Positions 38,742 through 52,434 are shown, counted from the stretch's first letter. The stretch is 64,000 nucleotides of DNA from Neoconidiobolus thromboides FSU 785 (GCA_025603075.1 MU626259.1:1-64000); one strand, 5' to 3'. The notes: a model not told the origin generated them from the letters alone. A program made the numbers and translations.

Positions 38742-40730
38742 ATCTTGACTTCATTTGCTACTAATGACAGGTTTCAAAGCTGGTAATTTATTAATAACTT
38801 CAAACAAAATGAGATCATGTTTTGAACTTAAGGTTAAAAACTATTTTTTATCAAATTGATTGGAAAAGCGGTCTAATTTTTGGTAAATATTCTTTATAAA
38901 TTAATTTAAATAATAAAAAAGGAATTGTAAGATAGTAATTTTTGAGAGTGGTTGAATGGTTTGGATAATATATAAATCAAAGTAGATGATGGTATTACAT
39001 AATACATACTAGGTTTGTCCTATATTTTGTTGAAGGACAAATATTAAGTAACTCCATCATTTATTTAATAAATTAATTAATTCTTATAATCCACTGAATT
39101 TAAAGCTTATTCTTAACCAGCAAATTAAACTGACAACAGTAGAAAAATATTGTTTATATCAAAATAATAATTAAAGCTAATTGAAAAATTGCCCAAAGAC
39201 GTTAGTAATTTATCACTTTACTTGAAAATATTTCGATATTAGATAGATGTTTAAAATTTAAATTAAGTCGGATGGATAATTTAATCCTTTGATTATAGAT
39301 AGTGTATTATTTTAAAAAAACAATACTTATCCTTAATATTAAGACTTTAATAGTTGAGATTTTAAGCTATATAAGTATTCTAGAATCTTCTTTTTTGGGC
39401 AGCTCCAAAGGTAATAAAGCGAATGAATTAGAGTAGCAATAATTAAAATGAAACTTCACTTTTTTTTTAAAATCATATTATAATCAGATGGTGAGAAACT
39501 GTGAGTGTAAAATAATTGCCCGACAAGCAATTTTTTCATACTTAGTAATATCTAGACAATTATCCTATATCTCCTATATCTCACATCTAATAAAAAAGAA
39601 TTATTTGATCAGACTGCAAATTTCCCAACTTTTTTGCAAAAAGTCAATCATATAGAATGTGTTTCAATCTGAGTCTACACTCCAAACTCTAATCCTCTTT
39701 AATATTACTAATTATCAGAAAGCTAACTTGATACCTGAAGACATGAACGGTAATATCATGTGATTATCAGAAGTTCGTAGATACCTCCAACTAATACTGG
39801 CTAATACTCTCTTCATTGGACTTGTAAACTTGATTAGCTTGATCTAAACTTATTGTTTCTAATTTTTTATAAATAGCAAATTCAAATTAAATTTAAAATT
39901 TGTGAATTTTTTTTTAGTAAGTAGCCAGCATCAAATTGATTGTTTCTTTATAACATAGTTTTATGTTGCAAAATAAAACGTCCATATTTGCGTTTTAATT
40001 GTCTAAGTTATAAGCAAATTGTACTGACTTTTTCTATTTTAAAATGATTAGTTACAAAAGAAAAATACTCACACGACATTTTAATAGAATTGGTAATCAA
40101 AGCCAATTAAACAAAATTCATTCCAATGGTAACTTTTGAATAGTGCTTTTAGTTTAAAATAAAGTAACTTTTAAAATTATTGTTAAAATTTCGAGTGATT
40201 GGAGAAGTTGAGTAAATAGCTGCTTATCTTATTAATATTTTTGGCAAAGAATTAATGTCGTATATGTTATTAGATAGCCTTTCAACTCTATAGAATATGT
40301 CGCTCTAGAAGAACAATGTGATTGTATCATTAGATATCAATAGTTGAAAAATAAATTCATTTTTTAAAGATAATTCTGGATCTCAAACTATACCTTTCTT
40401 GTATTCAATTTCTTATAACTGAATGAAAAACCTTTCTAATCAAAGGATGTTTCCTCTCTCCACCTTTAAAAATAAATTGATTTACAATAGTAAATTAATG
40501 AAGCAGAATGATCGGTTTCTTATGACTTCCACCTTAAGCTTTTTATTCATTACCTTAAACTACTAGTTAATGTTTTTATTATAAATAAACAGTGCATTAG
40601 GTATACATAAAGAAACAGATATGATTTATTATAAAAATTAAATAGATCAATTGAAATTCTAATGTTTATCAAACAAAATAAAAATCATTACTTTCTATTT
40701 CAATACGAAATTTATACATTAAAAATAAAA

Positions 40731-41457
40731 TTAAAAAAGAGCTACACCAACGATAACTAACATTAAACCCATCCAACCTGAAGCTACACTCAATACTCCT
40801 GAATTATCATTATTTTTTCCACCTTTCTTAGCACTCTTTGGTTTCTCACCTGCACATACTCCAGACAAACATTTACCAAATAAGAAGGCATGGTCAGAAA
40901 GACAAGTTTTGGTTGTAGGAATGAATCTAGTTGGGCAAGAATCCGGTTGTTTTGGGTCAATATTAATTAATATATCGTTTCCTTGTTTCGTAATATCCCA
41001 ACAAACTAAAGTTTCATCCACATCATTAATGAATACTTTTAATTTAATAGTATCAAAACCATCATTCCCAGCTACTTCTTTAATGACCCAGCTACCTTGT
41101 TGAGTATTGTATACAGGATCCTTTCCATTAGTGACATTACTGAAATCACGTTGGACTTCAACACTACTGGCATCGGGGATACTTAAAGTAAAACCATCTA
41201 CAGAGTTACATTTTAATTGAGTAGTGTTTGTTGCACTATCTAAGTTATAGTAATAAGTCATTTGATATACTCCGGCATAGGTTGTGGCATCTGTTGAGGC
41301 AGCACTGCCTCCACTGGATTTTCCCTTTTTGGGTTTCTCATCATCTAAAGAGCTACATTAGCTGGTTGGGTTAGTTATGTATAGAATCTAATTTACCTTG
41401 TGATAATATAAAGCTAATAAAAGTCAATAATAATAAAAGGTATACTTTAAAATACAT
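40731..41457 (-). CDS. Putative GPI-anchored, Cys-containing surface protein, 2 exons (intron 41345-41396)
   Basis: Exon 1 MYFKVYLLLLLTFISFILSQ is signal-like; Cys-bearing body; C-terminus NSGVLSVASGWMGLMLVIVGVALF resembles a GPI signal. Confidence 0.7.
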
Positions 41458-42356
41458 TGTATAAGTTACTAAAATAAATAAAAATAAAAATTACTTGTCA
41501 TTTATTGTAATTTGGTACTTTTATACCTATTTTTGAATATAATGCTTTTTAAACTTCCGAATTGAATCACTTTAATATTAGGTTGATCAATTCGCTAATT
41601 TTTTCAACTTTTAATGTTTCTAATTAGTATGAGATCACCATATCAAAGCTTCTTTTTAAGCCATAAAGAAAATACAAAAAATAATTTAGGGCTTAAATGA
41701 TTACTACAACTCAAATTAAACGTAATTATATTTTTTAATTTAAGTATCTTTTTTATTCCAAGTTGTTGAATAATGTTAGTTTTTTGTACCACAAGTTTAA
41801 ACAGAAACAATGACAAATCAAGACCATTAAACACGTTTAGTTTGAATTATTAGCAATTAGGTGTTAATTTAAGTTTGAATTGAGCTTAAATAATTCTGTA
41901 ATATGCTTAGCTGATTAAAACTAACTAAGTAAGCCCCTATTTTTAATAATTTTCAGTTTTTGGTGTTGAAAAAAAAAGATAGTGTCCAATTCAGAGCTTC
42001 TATTCGTTAAAGAACTTACATAACCTTTACTACAGTGTATCTGTTTTAGTGAATAGTGCGAGCTAATGGCTTTAAGCCTACTGAATGACTCACCTTGTTA
42101 GAAGTAGAAGTAGTAAAGAAACTCTAGTATTGTGAATGAATGTTATCACTTATTTCTTAAATTCTTTTTTAGCTATAAATAGCTTGGGAGCATTATACTT
42201 TTCAAGAATTTTAAAAATAATTGTTTGTTTGGTTTCAGTTTAGCATAGATAGTTATTTTATTATGATAAATGGATAATTTTAAATAGCTTTAAGGTAAGT
42301 GGTAGGTTATATTAAATGATTCAATAGTTACATTATGAATTCATTAGTCAAACTCT

Positions 42357-45300
42357 TATTCTATCAATTGTTTAATAATCTCATCAAAACATTGAATCAT
42401 CTAATAAAATTTATTTTATTATATTTATAAATATATAAAATATTAGGATACCTTATTATAAATGGATTTATCTTTTAAATAAGAGCCAATTTGTATAGCG
42501 TATTCAAACCATATCTTGTTGTTAATATTTCTATCTATACTACAAAATATCAATTAATAAAACATTAGTATTGTTAGTATTGTTATTACTTTAACTTAGT
42601 GATCCCGTGGTTCCATGAAGCGATTGAAAGCCATTGAATTTCATCTTTTGGATATTCCTTATAATAAAAGTTAATACATGATACTTATAATTATAACGGT
42701 TGTTTACGTTATGATTAGCATCTATAATAGCAATTGCTTGTTTTATATAAGCAAACCCAGCTTCATGATTGATAGATAAAGAATAATATACTAAAATATG
42801 CATCCATTTACTAAATAATGGGATACTTATATTATTGTTTTTAAGTAATTCGTTCATTAATTTCTAAAACTAGATTAAATTAAATGTCTAATATATATAG
42901 TTTATTATTACTTGAATACATTTGATCATTACTTTTAGAGTGATTATTAGTAAAGATATTAAGAAATAAGGATATTTAATGATACCTGCCTTTGGACAAT
43001 TAGACTCGAGTAGAATGACATCTAATGATTAATAAGTATAACATATTAGCTTTATAACAAGCTACCTAAAAGTCTCTCATAAAATAAATTACTAAAGTTT
43101 GAAAATAATTCATTAAATTTCTATAAACATTGTTAATATTCATATCACTTGATTACCATCATTTTATATTACATCTATTAAATTTTCTAATTCATTCCAT
43201 TTATTTAATTTGATTACAAGTTGAAATAAAATAAGACATAGCTGTTCATTTAAGTTATTATTTGATTGAAACTTGTTAATAACTTTATCAAATATCTTTT
43301 GACATGATAAATAGTGTTCATTTAATAAAGTAATATTCTAAATAAAGTATTATACATTTGTTGTAATAGTATAATAACAAATTACTATAGTTTTATTTAA
43401 CAAGCATGATGTTGCACTTAATATGGTCACTGAAGCCATTTGGAATATTTGTCCTTCATTTGGAATATTATCTTTTAAAATCTAATGATATTAAAACTTA
43501 ATAATGTGTATGAATAATAAGCTACTTTTTTTATCAAATTAAAAAATATTTCAGATGATTCATACATGCCTTTTTTAAATTTTTGAAACCCAATATTCCA
43601 TACTTTAATATTAATTAATATTATTTTTGATAAAATATCAGCTTGTTACTTTGTAATATTAGTTGTTCTTTTTCATATTCTAGTTCTTTATTGTGCATTT
43701 TATCAACGTATGATATTAATTTAATAACTAGAAATATTAGTATTTTCTTTTATTTCAGTATTTCTTTACTTCTTGAATAAAGCATGTATATCTCTTGATC
43801 AATTAATCTAATAATGTGTTATATATAATATCAAACCTTGAACAATCTTAGTTATTACTTAATATTCTCATCATTTAAAATATCATTTAGACAAATTCTA
43901 AAAAGATGCTTAATTATTCGATATAGCAATGGTTAATACTAACCTCGATAACTTAATCATCATTAAAGCATCATTTTGATTATATTTTGATGCTTTTTCA
44001 AAGCATTTAAGTGCAGTATCAATAAAAAGAAAAAATACTGCTTTATTTTTTTCAAAATGAGCGGATTGACATAAAAATATAATAATTTCTGTATCTGTCT
44101 TCTGAAAGAACTCTTCTAAACCCCAGTCATAAAAATCTAAAATAAGAATGAGACATTTTGATATTATATTAATACCTTGAGGATTGGAATTTTCTTTTAA
44201 TTTCAATATGATGCTATATATCTTGATATATTCATTCCCTGGATCTATTAATTTAGCCTCGTTTAAAAGCTCTAAAGCTTTTGTATAATCTTTTGATTCG
44301 ACTTTACATATGGCCATTTTACTAAAAACATAATTGATAAATGATAGGCTAATATTATCTTATTCATACATTATAATAACCGCTTGCTCTCCTTTCTTAA
44401 TATTAGATTTATAAAAGGAGGATAAACTATGATAATAAAGCTCAAAGGATTCATTATAACTTTTGCTCTAAATAATAAGTCAATTCCAAAATAAAACAAA
44501 AATTAATACTTCGAATAAAAAATCTGCTTTTTCCCAAAGTATCTAACATAATCCAGTTATTTATGATTTAAAAATATTATTTAATTTTTACTAATTTGAG
44601 TGCTTCCAATGCTTTTGTTGTTTTAATATATCCTATATAATTAATAAAACTCTATTATAAAATATATTCTTACTTTGATGTATTTCTTGAAATTGTAATA
44701 AAATTGTCGTTATATCTTGATTTAATTGAAATATAAAATAAACCTTTAATAATGCTATCTTTTCATATATTGAATTTTCTTGAATATGAGCAGTATTTAG
44801 TATATTATCAATCGATTTAATAGCTAAATCAAAACTTTTTATAAGATTAAGATATCTAAACTGTAGATATAAAAATAAAATTTACTCATAATCTTCTCCC
44901 AAGCTAAGTATAATATCTATTAATCTATCATTTTTAACTAAAGCTGTATTACTTATATTAATGTTACTTTTCAACTTCGTTGTAATCAATTTTTTTATTT
45001 TGCATATATTGAGAAAAAACTAACAATTAATTTATGATTATTGTATATTTGAACTTACTATTAGGGATTTCTTCAATTTTATTATTTTGCTTTAAATATT
45101 GAAACTTAACACTTAATATTGAAGCTGTGGAATAGTTCTATCCAATCTTCAGCTTTTTTTAAATATTATAATGTTTATTTACTTGTTCTATAGTTGCTAT
45201 TAAATCTTCAGCATATTTTAAATTTTCTGAGCCTTTTAAATTTAAATATCCTTTCACTAGAAGGAATTTAACTTTATCAATGGTTAAATAAAAAACACTA

Positions 45301-46475
45301 CCCATAAAACACATCACTTCGCCCTAATTAGTTATTAATAAATAAATATGGCTTATTTGTATAGTATTACGTTTATTTTTGAAGTTTTTATATTAAAATT
45401 TGGATTACTAAAATACTTTATTGCTTTCTTTCCCAATTCAATTACTTCAATATTCAACTTGTCAATAAGCAATTTTTCCATCAAATCGTTAATAACAGTA
45501 GTTATGATAGCTAACTATAAAAAATCAATATAATAAATAAATGTCATGGGTTATTACATCTATAGGTAGATTGGAATTATTTGGTGTGTCTGTTATACAG
45601 TTAATATAAATATGAAAATATAAAAATAAAACCTAGCAGAGAATTGATTAATGTTAGGCATAGCATTAACTTGTTTTGTTTCATAAACTATAAACTATAC
45701 TTAATAAAGTTTAATGTTAATATAAAATTTTTTACCAATTTTATTTTAAGCATTGCTTGTTTGATAGCATCTTCATTTTGAACATTTCTGTCTAAACTCG
45801 ATCCCTAGTTAAATATAGTTATTACGTTTCAATTATAATTACAGATAGCAAACATTGAGGTTATTGAGTTCATTTAAGTAATCTTCAGCTAATTTTAAGT
45901 CATTAGAATCTATGAACAATAAAGTTAAAATGCACTAAAGTATTAACTAATTTTTTTACTTAGGTATTCTAATGAAATTTTATAACAAAGCTCTGATAGG
46001 TATTTTTTATCTATTAAAGATAACAATTAAAAAAATATAAAAAAGTAAAATACATACCATGATATTTCCCAAGTTTAATTAATTCATAACTAACCCTACG
46101 GGCTATAATATAAAGGTTTAATATATACCATATTAAAATATTACAATCACCATTTGTGAGGGCTAAATTATTAAATGATTCCAAACTTAAAATTTTGTTA
46201 TTTTTATATTTGGTTGTAGCATTCCATAAATCAACACCTAGATTTTCAATATCGTTTAGGTTAGGTTGATTCTCATTATCTTCAATATTAAAATGTTGAA
46301 TATTATTATAGATAGAATCCAATTTATCATTAAACTCAATTGAAACTATTAAATGTGAACTTGAGTTAGGATTTTCAAATAAATCAATAATTGATATTAT
46401 TGATTCTATAAAACAAAACATTAGTTTATTATATTAGTAACTGTATTAACCTTTAATTTTTATATATTGGTTCAT
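42357..46475 (-). CDS. SPO22: SPO22/ZIP4 (TEX11)-like meiotic TPR protein, many exons
   Basis: N-terminal IENLGVDLWNAT, TPR-like helices, C-terminal EYPKDEIQWLSIASWNHG, all typical of ZIP4/TEX11; internal exons not all verified. Confidence 0.75.
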
Positions 46476-47344
46476 TTTTTATAAATTTTGATAATAGTTT
46501 ATTATTTCTATTTATTATATTTCTTTAAATGCCTTTTATTTAATGTATTTTATTATTTTATGAAATTTAATATTTATATGCGAGTCCTTTAGAAAGCAAA
46601 TGCATTTTTTGCTAATGAAAGCGAAGATTTTAGTTTGAAAAAATGGTACTTTAGTACAATAAGCATCACATATTTTTAGGTTCTAAGTATATAGTATTTT
46701 ATAGATTAAAATAGCATTAAATTTCGACTGAATTAAAATGAATAAAGTTAAGTTGCTAACATTGAAAGTGTTTTTTAATCTCAATAAACTGAAGCTTCAA
46801 GTGGTTTATTGCTGAAGACAAGCTTTTAAATGAAAAACTGAATGATGAAAGTGAGATGCGTCAAGAAGGGGAATCATAAGATTGAAATTAGAATTTTAAG
46901 TTTATGCAATCTACTTGATTATATCAAGCTCAACCTTATTACAATATAAGTAAGTTTCTAATTGGCAACTATTTTTTAAATTCAAAAATGGGTTGAAACA
47001 CCTCTAATAATCCATTAAAATTATTCTATCTTCGAAACAAGTGTTCCTTTATGAAATATAATCATAACTCAAATCTTTAAAATCATACGGGGAATATTAA
47101 GCCACATTGTTGAGTTTCAATTATAAGTAGCAATATTGACATCTTATAGGCTGATTAGCCACTTGAACATAAAACCCTCAAAACTTTAGAATATGGGAAA
47201 GCGTGACTTCGAAAATAAATTAGCATAATTTTTAATATTATTTATTATATCTTTAAGCCATATGCTTGTAAAAACCAAAAGAAGAATGGCCTAAAGATAT
47301 AAAAGAAAGATAAACACCCTTTTTACTATTAAACTTATTACAAA

Positions 47345-48664
47345 ATGGAGCAGAAATTTGATTGTTTACCCTTTATGATATTATATGAAATATTCAATCT
47401 AGTAAACCCAGAAGAATTATTTAACCTACGTCTTTTAAATAAATCATTATATAATATCATTGACATTGTTATCAAACGCAACTTAGCTTATTCAGTTTAT
47501 AGCTCTAGTGTAGTTGGGAGATACAAACACCATCAACAAAAAATAATCAAAGAAAATAAGGCCATGATGAAGCATTTAAATATATACAATAATAATATTG
47601 ACTATATTAATTATCACCCTAATATAACATCTATAGAATATTGTAAAAGTGGTTATATACTTAATAATGATAACCATATTACAATTAAGTTACCAAGATT
47701 AAAAAGGTTAACTTTGACCTCTCTACATGGTAGTTGTTTACGCTTTTTAGAAATATTTAGTAGTCATTTAAGCCAAATTGAAGCAATTGAAGTCAAGGGA
47801 TATGAATGTAATAGTAATGAATTTATTCATTATTTCAGTCCAAACGCATTGAAATCCTTTAAAATACACTCTTATCGTGATTTAAATATTGATGGATTGG
47901 ACATATTGAAGACAAAATTTCATAAATTGGAAAAACTACAATTTAAATCTGATTATTTTATTCATACTCCTAGTACCTTTAATCCCAATATGAACTTTAC
48001 ATCTGGCTTAGAGTTAGAAATCGAGGGTCATTTTAACAAGGAGTTTAGTATTAAATATTTTGGTAATCTAGAAAAATTCAAAAGTATAAAGTTAATCGAT
48101 AAATCAGAGAATTTCCTTGGAAATGAAAATAATCTAAAGTTAATCAGAAATATCAATATTATTACTTTAGGTTACTTTGAATCAACTAGTCTAATTCGAG
48201 ATTTGAGAAAATTAACAGTCTTAAAAGAGGTGTATGTGAGAGAATTGTCAAAAGAACTATTAAACTCAATTTCCTTGTTGTCAAGTATTCAAACGATTCA
48301 TATTGATTCTATATATTCAGCCAATAAAGATATATTTAATAAATCAGATTTGTGTGATAGTAATAAATCGAGATATGAACAATATTTAGCTAATGAAAAT
48401 GATATAATCAAAAACAAGTTTATAAAACAAATAACAGTTAATACTTTTAAAGCTTCGCTTGATGAAGTTATTAGTATAATATCTTTATTTCCAAACCTTC
48501 GGCTGATTAAAATTAGAAAATTTAATTTAAAGAGTATAGATAAAAAAATTAACTATAAACATGCTACTCCTTTATTACTTGTTGCTCCTATACCATACCA
48601 TGCGAATATAGATTTTTGTAATGAATTTGGAAAAAATTCGATGTTTAATTGGTTAAAATTATAG
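47345..48664 (+). CDS. F-box-like protein with degenerate LRR/RNI-like repeats, intronless
   Basis: N-terminal FDCLPFMILYEIFNLVNPEELFNLRLLNK F-box signature followed by LxxLxL repeats. Confidence 0.75.
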   Translation: MEQKFDCLPFMILYEIFNLVNPEELFNLRLLNKSLYNIIDIVIKRNLAYSVYSSSVVGRYKHHQQKIIKENKAMMKHLNIYNNNIDYINYHPNITSIEYCKSGYILNNDNHITIKLPRLKRLTLTSLHGSCLRFLEIFSSHLSQIEAIEVKGYECNSNEFIHYFSPNALKSFKIHSYRDLNIDGLDILKTKFHKLEKLQFKSDYFIHTPSTFNPNMNFTSGLELEIEGHFNKEFSIKYFGNLEKFKSIKLIDKSENFLGNENNLKLIRNINIITLGYFESTSLIRDLRKLTVLKEVYVRELSKELLNSISLLSSIQTIHIDSIYSANKDIFNKSDLCDSNKSRYEQYLANENDIIKNKFIKQITVNTFKASLDEVISIISLFPNLRLIKIRKFNLKSIDKKINYKHATPLLLVAPIPYHANIDFCNEFGKNSMFNWLKL

Positions 48665-48969
48665 ACTACTGTTAACTACTTCTTTTTTTAATATTAATAA
48701 AATAACTTTATATTTTAATTTCATTACTTACAAACCAATAGTAGTTTATAAAGAGAATTCGAGTTTAATATTAGTTAATACACAGTTATTGTCTATTCAA
48801 TTTCTTATAAAATATCAAAACCAAAGTCATATACTGAACAGCTTGCACTCATATAGTCTAATAACTTTCAACAGCAAATAATATATAAGTTTTAAAGGAG
48901 GAAAATTAAATGCTCTTTTTAATATTTTATACTTTTTTGGTATATTAAAAACTTGCAACAAAAATTTTA

Positions 48970-50690
48970 GGCTACTTTTGTCAAAATACAAATGTTTCAA
49001 TAACGCCTGTGTTAATAGCTACCAAGATATAAAAAATGAAAAAACTTAAGGATTTATTATTAATAGTCAATAAAGAGTCAAAAATTATGGATTATTAAAT
49101 GGAGCTTGACATCGAAACACGCAATTGTGCTTGTCCAACTTAAAGCTAAAGGGAAACAAAATGATGTCTATTACTTTCTTGTAAAATTTCAGGATAGTAC
49201 AAATAATGAAGTTTTTCCATGAGTATAATTCACAAAATGGGTGTTAAATCTGATTTTGAAGATATCAATACTGCAGTATTCACATTTGATAATGAGTAGG
49301 TAGTGGTTTTTTTGGTATAGTGTTAATTTATATCAAACAAATCATCGATTAAATTTAATTAAGTATACGTGCTAACCCTAACTTAACCTTGTTAAAAGTA
49401 CACAGGAAGTGTTTTTTAATTCTAAAAGTTACTTTTTTAATTGGAATAAAACTACCTAAAATAGAGATTTTTTTGCAGTGACAAGAAAACCACCTCTCCG
49501 GTTAGCATCCCCTACTTTCTTTTTCAACACTATATAGAGTCACTTAGTTAAAGTTACTGATTAATCTGATATTAATTACCCATAAACTATAGTTGTAAAC
49601 TTATCAGGCGCAAGGCTGTTTTCAACAATAGCTTTGAGATATGTAATAATTTGTCTTGCTAGAGATTGTACTAGAAAATCAGATGCCTCTATCCTTAAAT
49701 TCTAACTTCAACAAAAGGCTTTGATACCACGTTTATATCGTGGATGTACATTAACATTTAGTTTAAATCCTATCAAGAAGACTTGAGTTCAATCAGAGGG
49801 GTATTTGGACTCAGAATTGGCTTGCGCGAGTTGTACAATTAAGTCTTTGACCTTAGAACGCTGAATACTGCGGTTCCATTGAGCATGAAAAATGTGATGG
49901 ACAAGGATCTTTACATAGTTCAATTTTATGTATTACTGTTACTACTGCTCATGCTGTAGATTCAATTGCCTTCTTAATGTTTTTACTAATTTCAAAACTC
50001 AGCGTGCTACTGCAGAAGGAGATAATGTTGTTTTGATGTAAACAACAGCCAAACAATTACTTGCAGGTGTCAAACAAAAAAAAATAATTTCGTCCCTTTC
50101 CACAACCGTGGTATACCTCAAAACTAGGAAATTGATAATTTTGATAGTTTAGTACATATTGTGGATTTAAGATTTATAAATCGTACTAAACAAATATATT
50201 TGAAGTTTGTATTACATGATCATATATTAATAGGTTGTTAGCTTGGTAAAATCACTACGTAAAAAAGAAAGGAAGGAAACAACATCTACTGAATTTGGAT
50301 GAAAGAAATACTAGAGCTTATCCAAGGGTTATCTCACACTTATCATGAATCCTTTAGTTTACAAGGATTTATGAGAGCTATTCAAGATCAAAAGGTATCA
50401 AAGTAGTAAGTCAATGTGACCAGATTATTGTAATTAGAGCTAATATGTTTTAATTTAGATATGGACTAAAAGGACTATCTAAACTTTATATTTTTCTACT
50501 TTAGAAGCTAACTTCAGCTATATAACTAGTAATGAGTTTGTTATTCCTTCCAGTGCACGCCAGTTACCTCAATTATCAAAGCAATAAATAGAAATTGTTT
50601 CAAAGCAAACATTACCTATATAGATGGGCTTGCTATTCTAGATGATTTGATCCTTGCACCAATTACAAATGACTGGGGGATTTATAATAG
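48970..50690 (+). pseudogene. Acyl-CoA oxidase pseudogene (not in the ORF track)
   Basis: Fragments in order FIINS..Y.LLNGA, KHAIVLVQL, KMGVK..NTAVFTFDN, SGAR..IALRY, ILKF*LQQKALIP, TAEGDNVVLM*, LAPITNDW; multiple stops (49703, 50039) and frameshifts. Confidence 0.82.
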
Positions 50691-51045
50691 TGGAGGCTTT
50701 AAATGAGAATTTAATTTGAGAAAATTTAGATAGTAGATGTTATAGGCGCTGCTTATCTGCATCAAATAAAAACTACCAGCTCATATATTATATGCCAAAA
50801 GAGATTAAATATAAATTCTTGTCTTTGCGAAAGGCTTTTTTATTTTGAAAATTTAAACTAACCATTTCAAACAATTATATCGATAGTGCATAATACCTTT
50901 AAACATGCATTAATATAGGAAATGATAAATTCAAAATATTGACTATAAAGTAGATAACCTAGCAGGATGCTTAATATCATTTGTTCAAACTTATCTATCG
51001 CTCCAAGCTATAAAAGATTAAACAGTACTAAAAAATTAACTGAAA

Positions 51046-52280
51046 TCATACTCGTACGAATACTTTTCTATTAACCATGAGCTTAACCATAAAGAAAAAT
51101 AATGATTTAAATAAAGCAGAAGCAACTACATACATTATAACTGGAACGTGATTATGCTTAGTTACGTCAGTGCTTGAAGCAGCTAATGTTTCAGATGCAA
51201 TAAGGGTACCAACCAAATCGGGAATTCCAGAGCCAAAACAAGGCAGTCCATTAGTACTAGCAATACCCTTCTACACCAAATAATTAGATTGTAACTACAG
51301 GCAATATTAAAATAAAGCCTTCATGAGCTATACAAAACAAAATGTTAAAAAGCAATAATATACCAAAGCTACGCCAAAATATCCAAATAAAATAGTAGAA
51401 AAAGGAAGTAAGCGCAATGCAAAAAAAAACTTTTTATTAAGCAATCATCTAAACTATCTAACACAGTTTTTCCGAATATAAACCCATCACTTGAGAATTC
51501 AATCAAGTTGAAGCCCTTTGATCCAGAAACATCAATGGATTAGGCGTATTTGCTCATAAGTAAGAATGGAACAAAGTGGCTAAAAGAATACAAGAAACCT
51601 CCAAATAATAAAGAAATAAACTTACAACCTTTGAATCTATATAAATTAAACCAGGAATCGTTGCTTTTAGCTTTTACTCTCTCTTTTATGAAAAAGGCGG
51701 TTATAATCAATACAAAGATAGAAACTATGGCTTGAACTTTAAAAGCCCATCTAAAGCCTAGTTTATATAAAGCTATTTGAGTAACTGGAATTAATATTAA
51801 ACCACCAATCCCAGAACCAGCTACAGCAGTGCCATTAACTAAATTAACGTATTTTTTTAACTATTGGGATGGGGTACTAATAACTGACACAAAGACAACA
51901 GTTCCTTTAATATCTACTAAAATACCCTGAGTTAAAAAAAGGTGCCGAACTTTCATACTAAAACAAGCTAACAACAAACCTAAAGTACAGATCGCTGAAC
52001 CAACAGATATAGAATTATAACACCTCACTTTATCAACTGGTTTTTCTGTGAATCCAGCTAATAAAGCTTGAGGTAGGGTACTTAAAGTAGACAAAGATGC
52101 CTTATGTTTAAATAAACCATCAGCATAATACTGAACAAACATATCACACGTAAGAAATACACCTATAATAATAAATAAATTAAAGAAACTCACTGTTACA
52201 GCTATCTAGCTTTGCATCCCATCTAATTTTTGGTTCTCTATATTCTTGTCCGTTGTAGCATTGTTTGTCTCTTTTAAGAG
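51046..52280 (-). pseudogene. Monocarboxylate-porter (MCT/MCH-like) MFS transporter pseudogene
   Basis: TM pattern with LFLTQGIL, PSQ*LKKY, NGTAVAGSGIGG, LGFRWA; in-frame stops at 52206, 51861 and 51540 plus frameshifts. Confidence 0.82.
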
Positions 52281-52329
52281 TAACAATCGAGTTGAGAGCT
52301 AAATTGTGATTTACACTTCTATCAACATC

Positions 52330-52434
52330 ATACGGGGATGTTTTTTTGTCTCCATTACTTTTTCCATTTTTAGACGCTATTTGAGTGGAAAAACTATTAG
52401 CAAAATTTTTAAACGAAAAAATGCATCCTCATAT
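52330..52434 (-). mobile_element. MITE family 1, copy 12 (orientation B)
   Basis: ATAC-GGGGATGT...GCATCCTC-ATAT. Confidence 0.83.

Noticed and set aside
42420-42460. GTATCCTA donor in the SPO22-like gene as a possible U12 intron
   Set aside because: It lacks the full RTATCCTT donor and any TCCTTAAC branch point, so it looks like a U2 intron.
49560-49900. Long, nearly open minus-strand frame (ILVHHIFHAQWNRS...)
   Set aside because: Antisense shadow of the plus-strand acyl-CoA oxidase pseudogene, whose motifs explain the region.
50290-50680. FSLQGFMRAIQDQK resembling a 4-coumarate-CoA ligase/luciferase
   Set aside because: It is collinear with the acyl-CoA oxidase C-terminus (ending LAPITNDW), and no AMP-binding motifs are present.
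48970-52280. RIP-like CpA-to-TpA bias suggested by CAA>TAA and TGG>TAG stops
   Set aside because: Ascertainment bias: most transition-derived stops are CpA by necessity. It needs alignment to intact paralogs.
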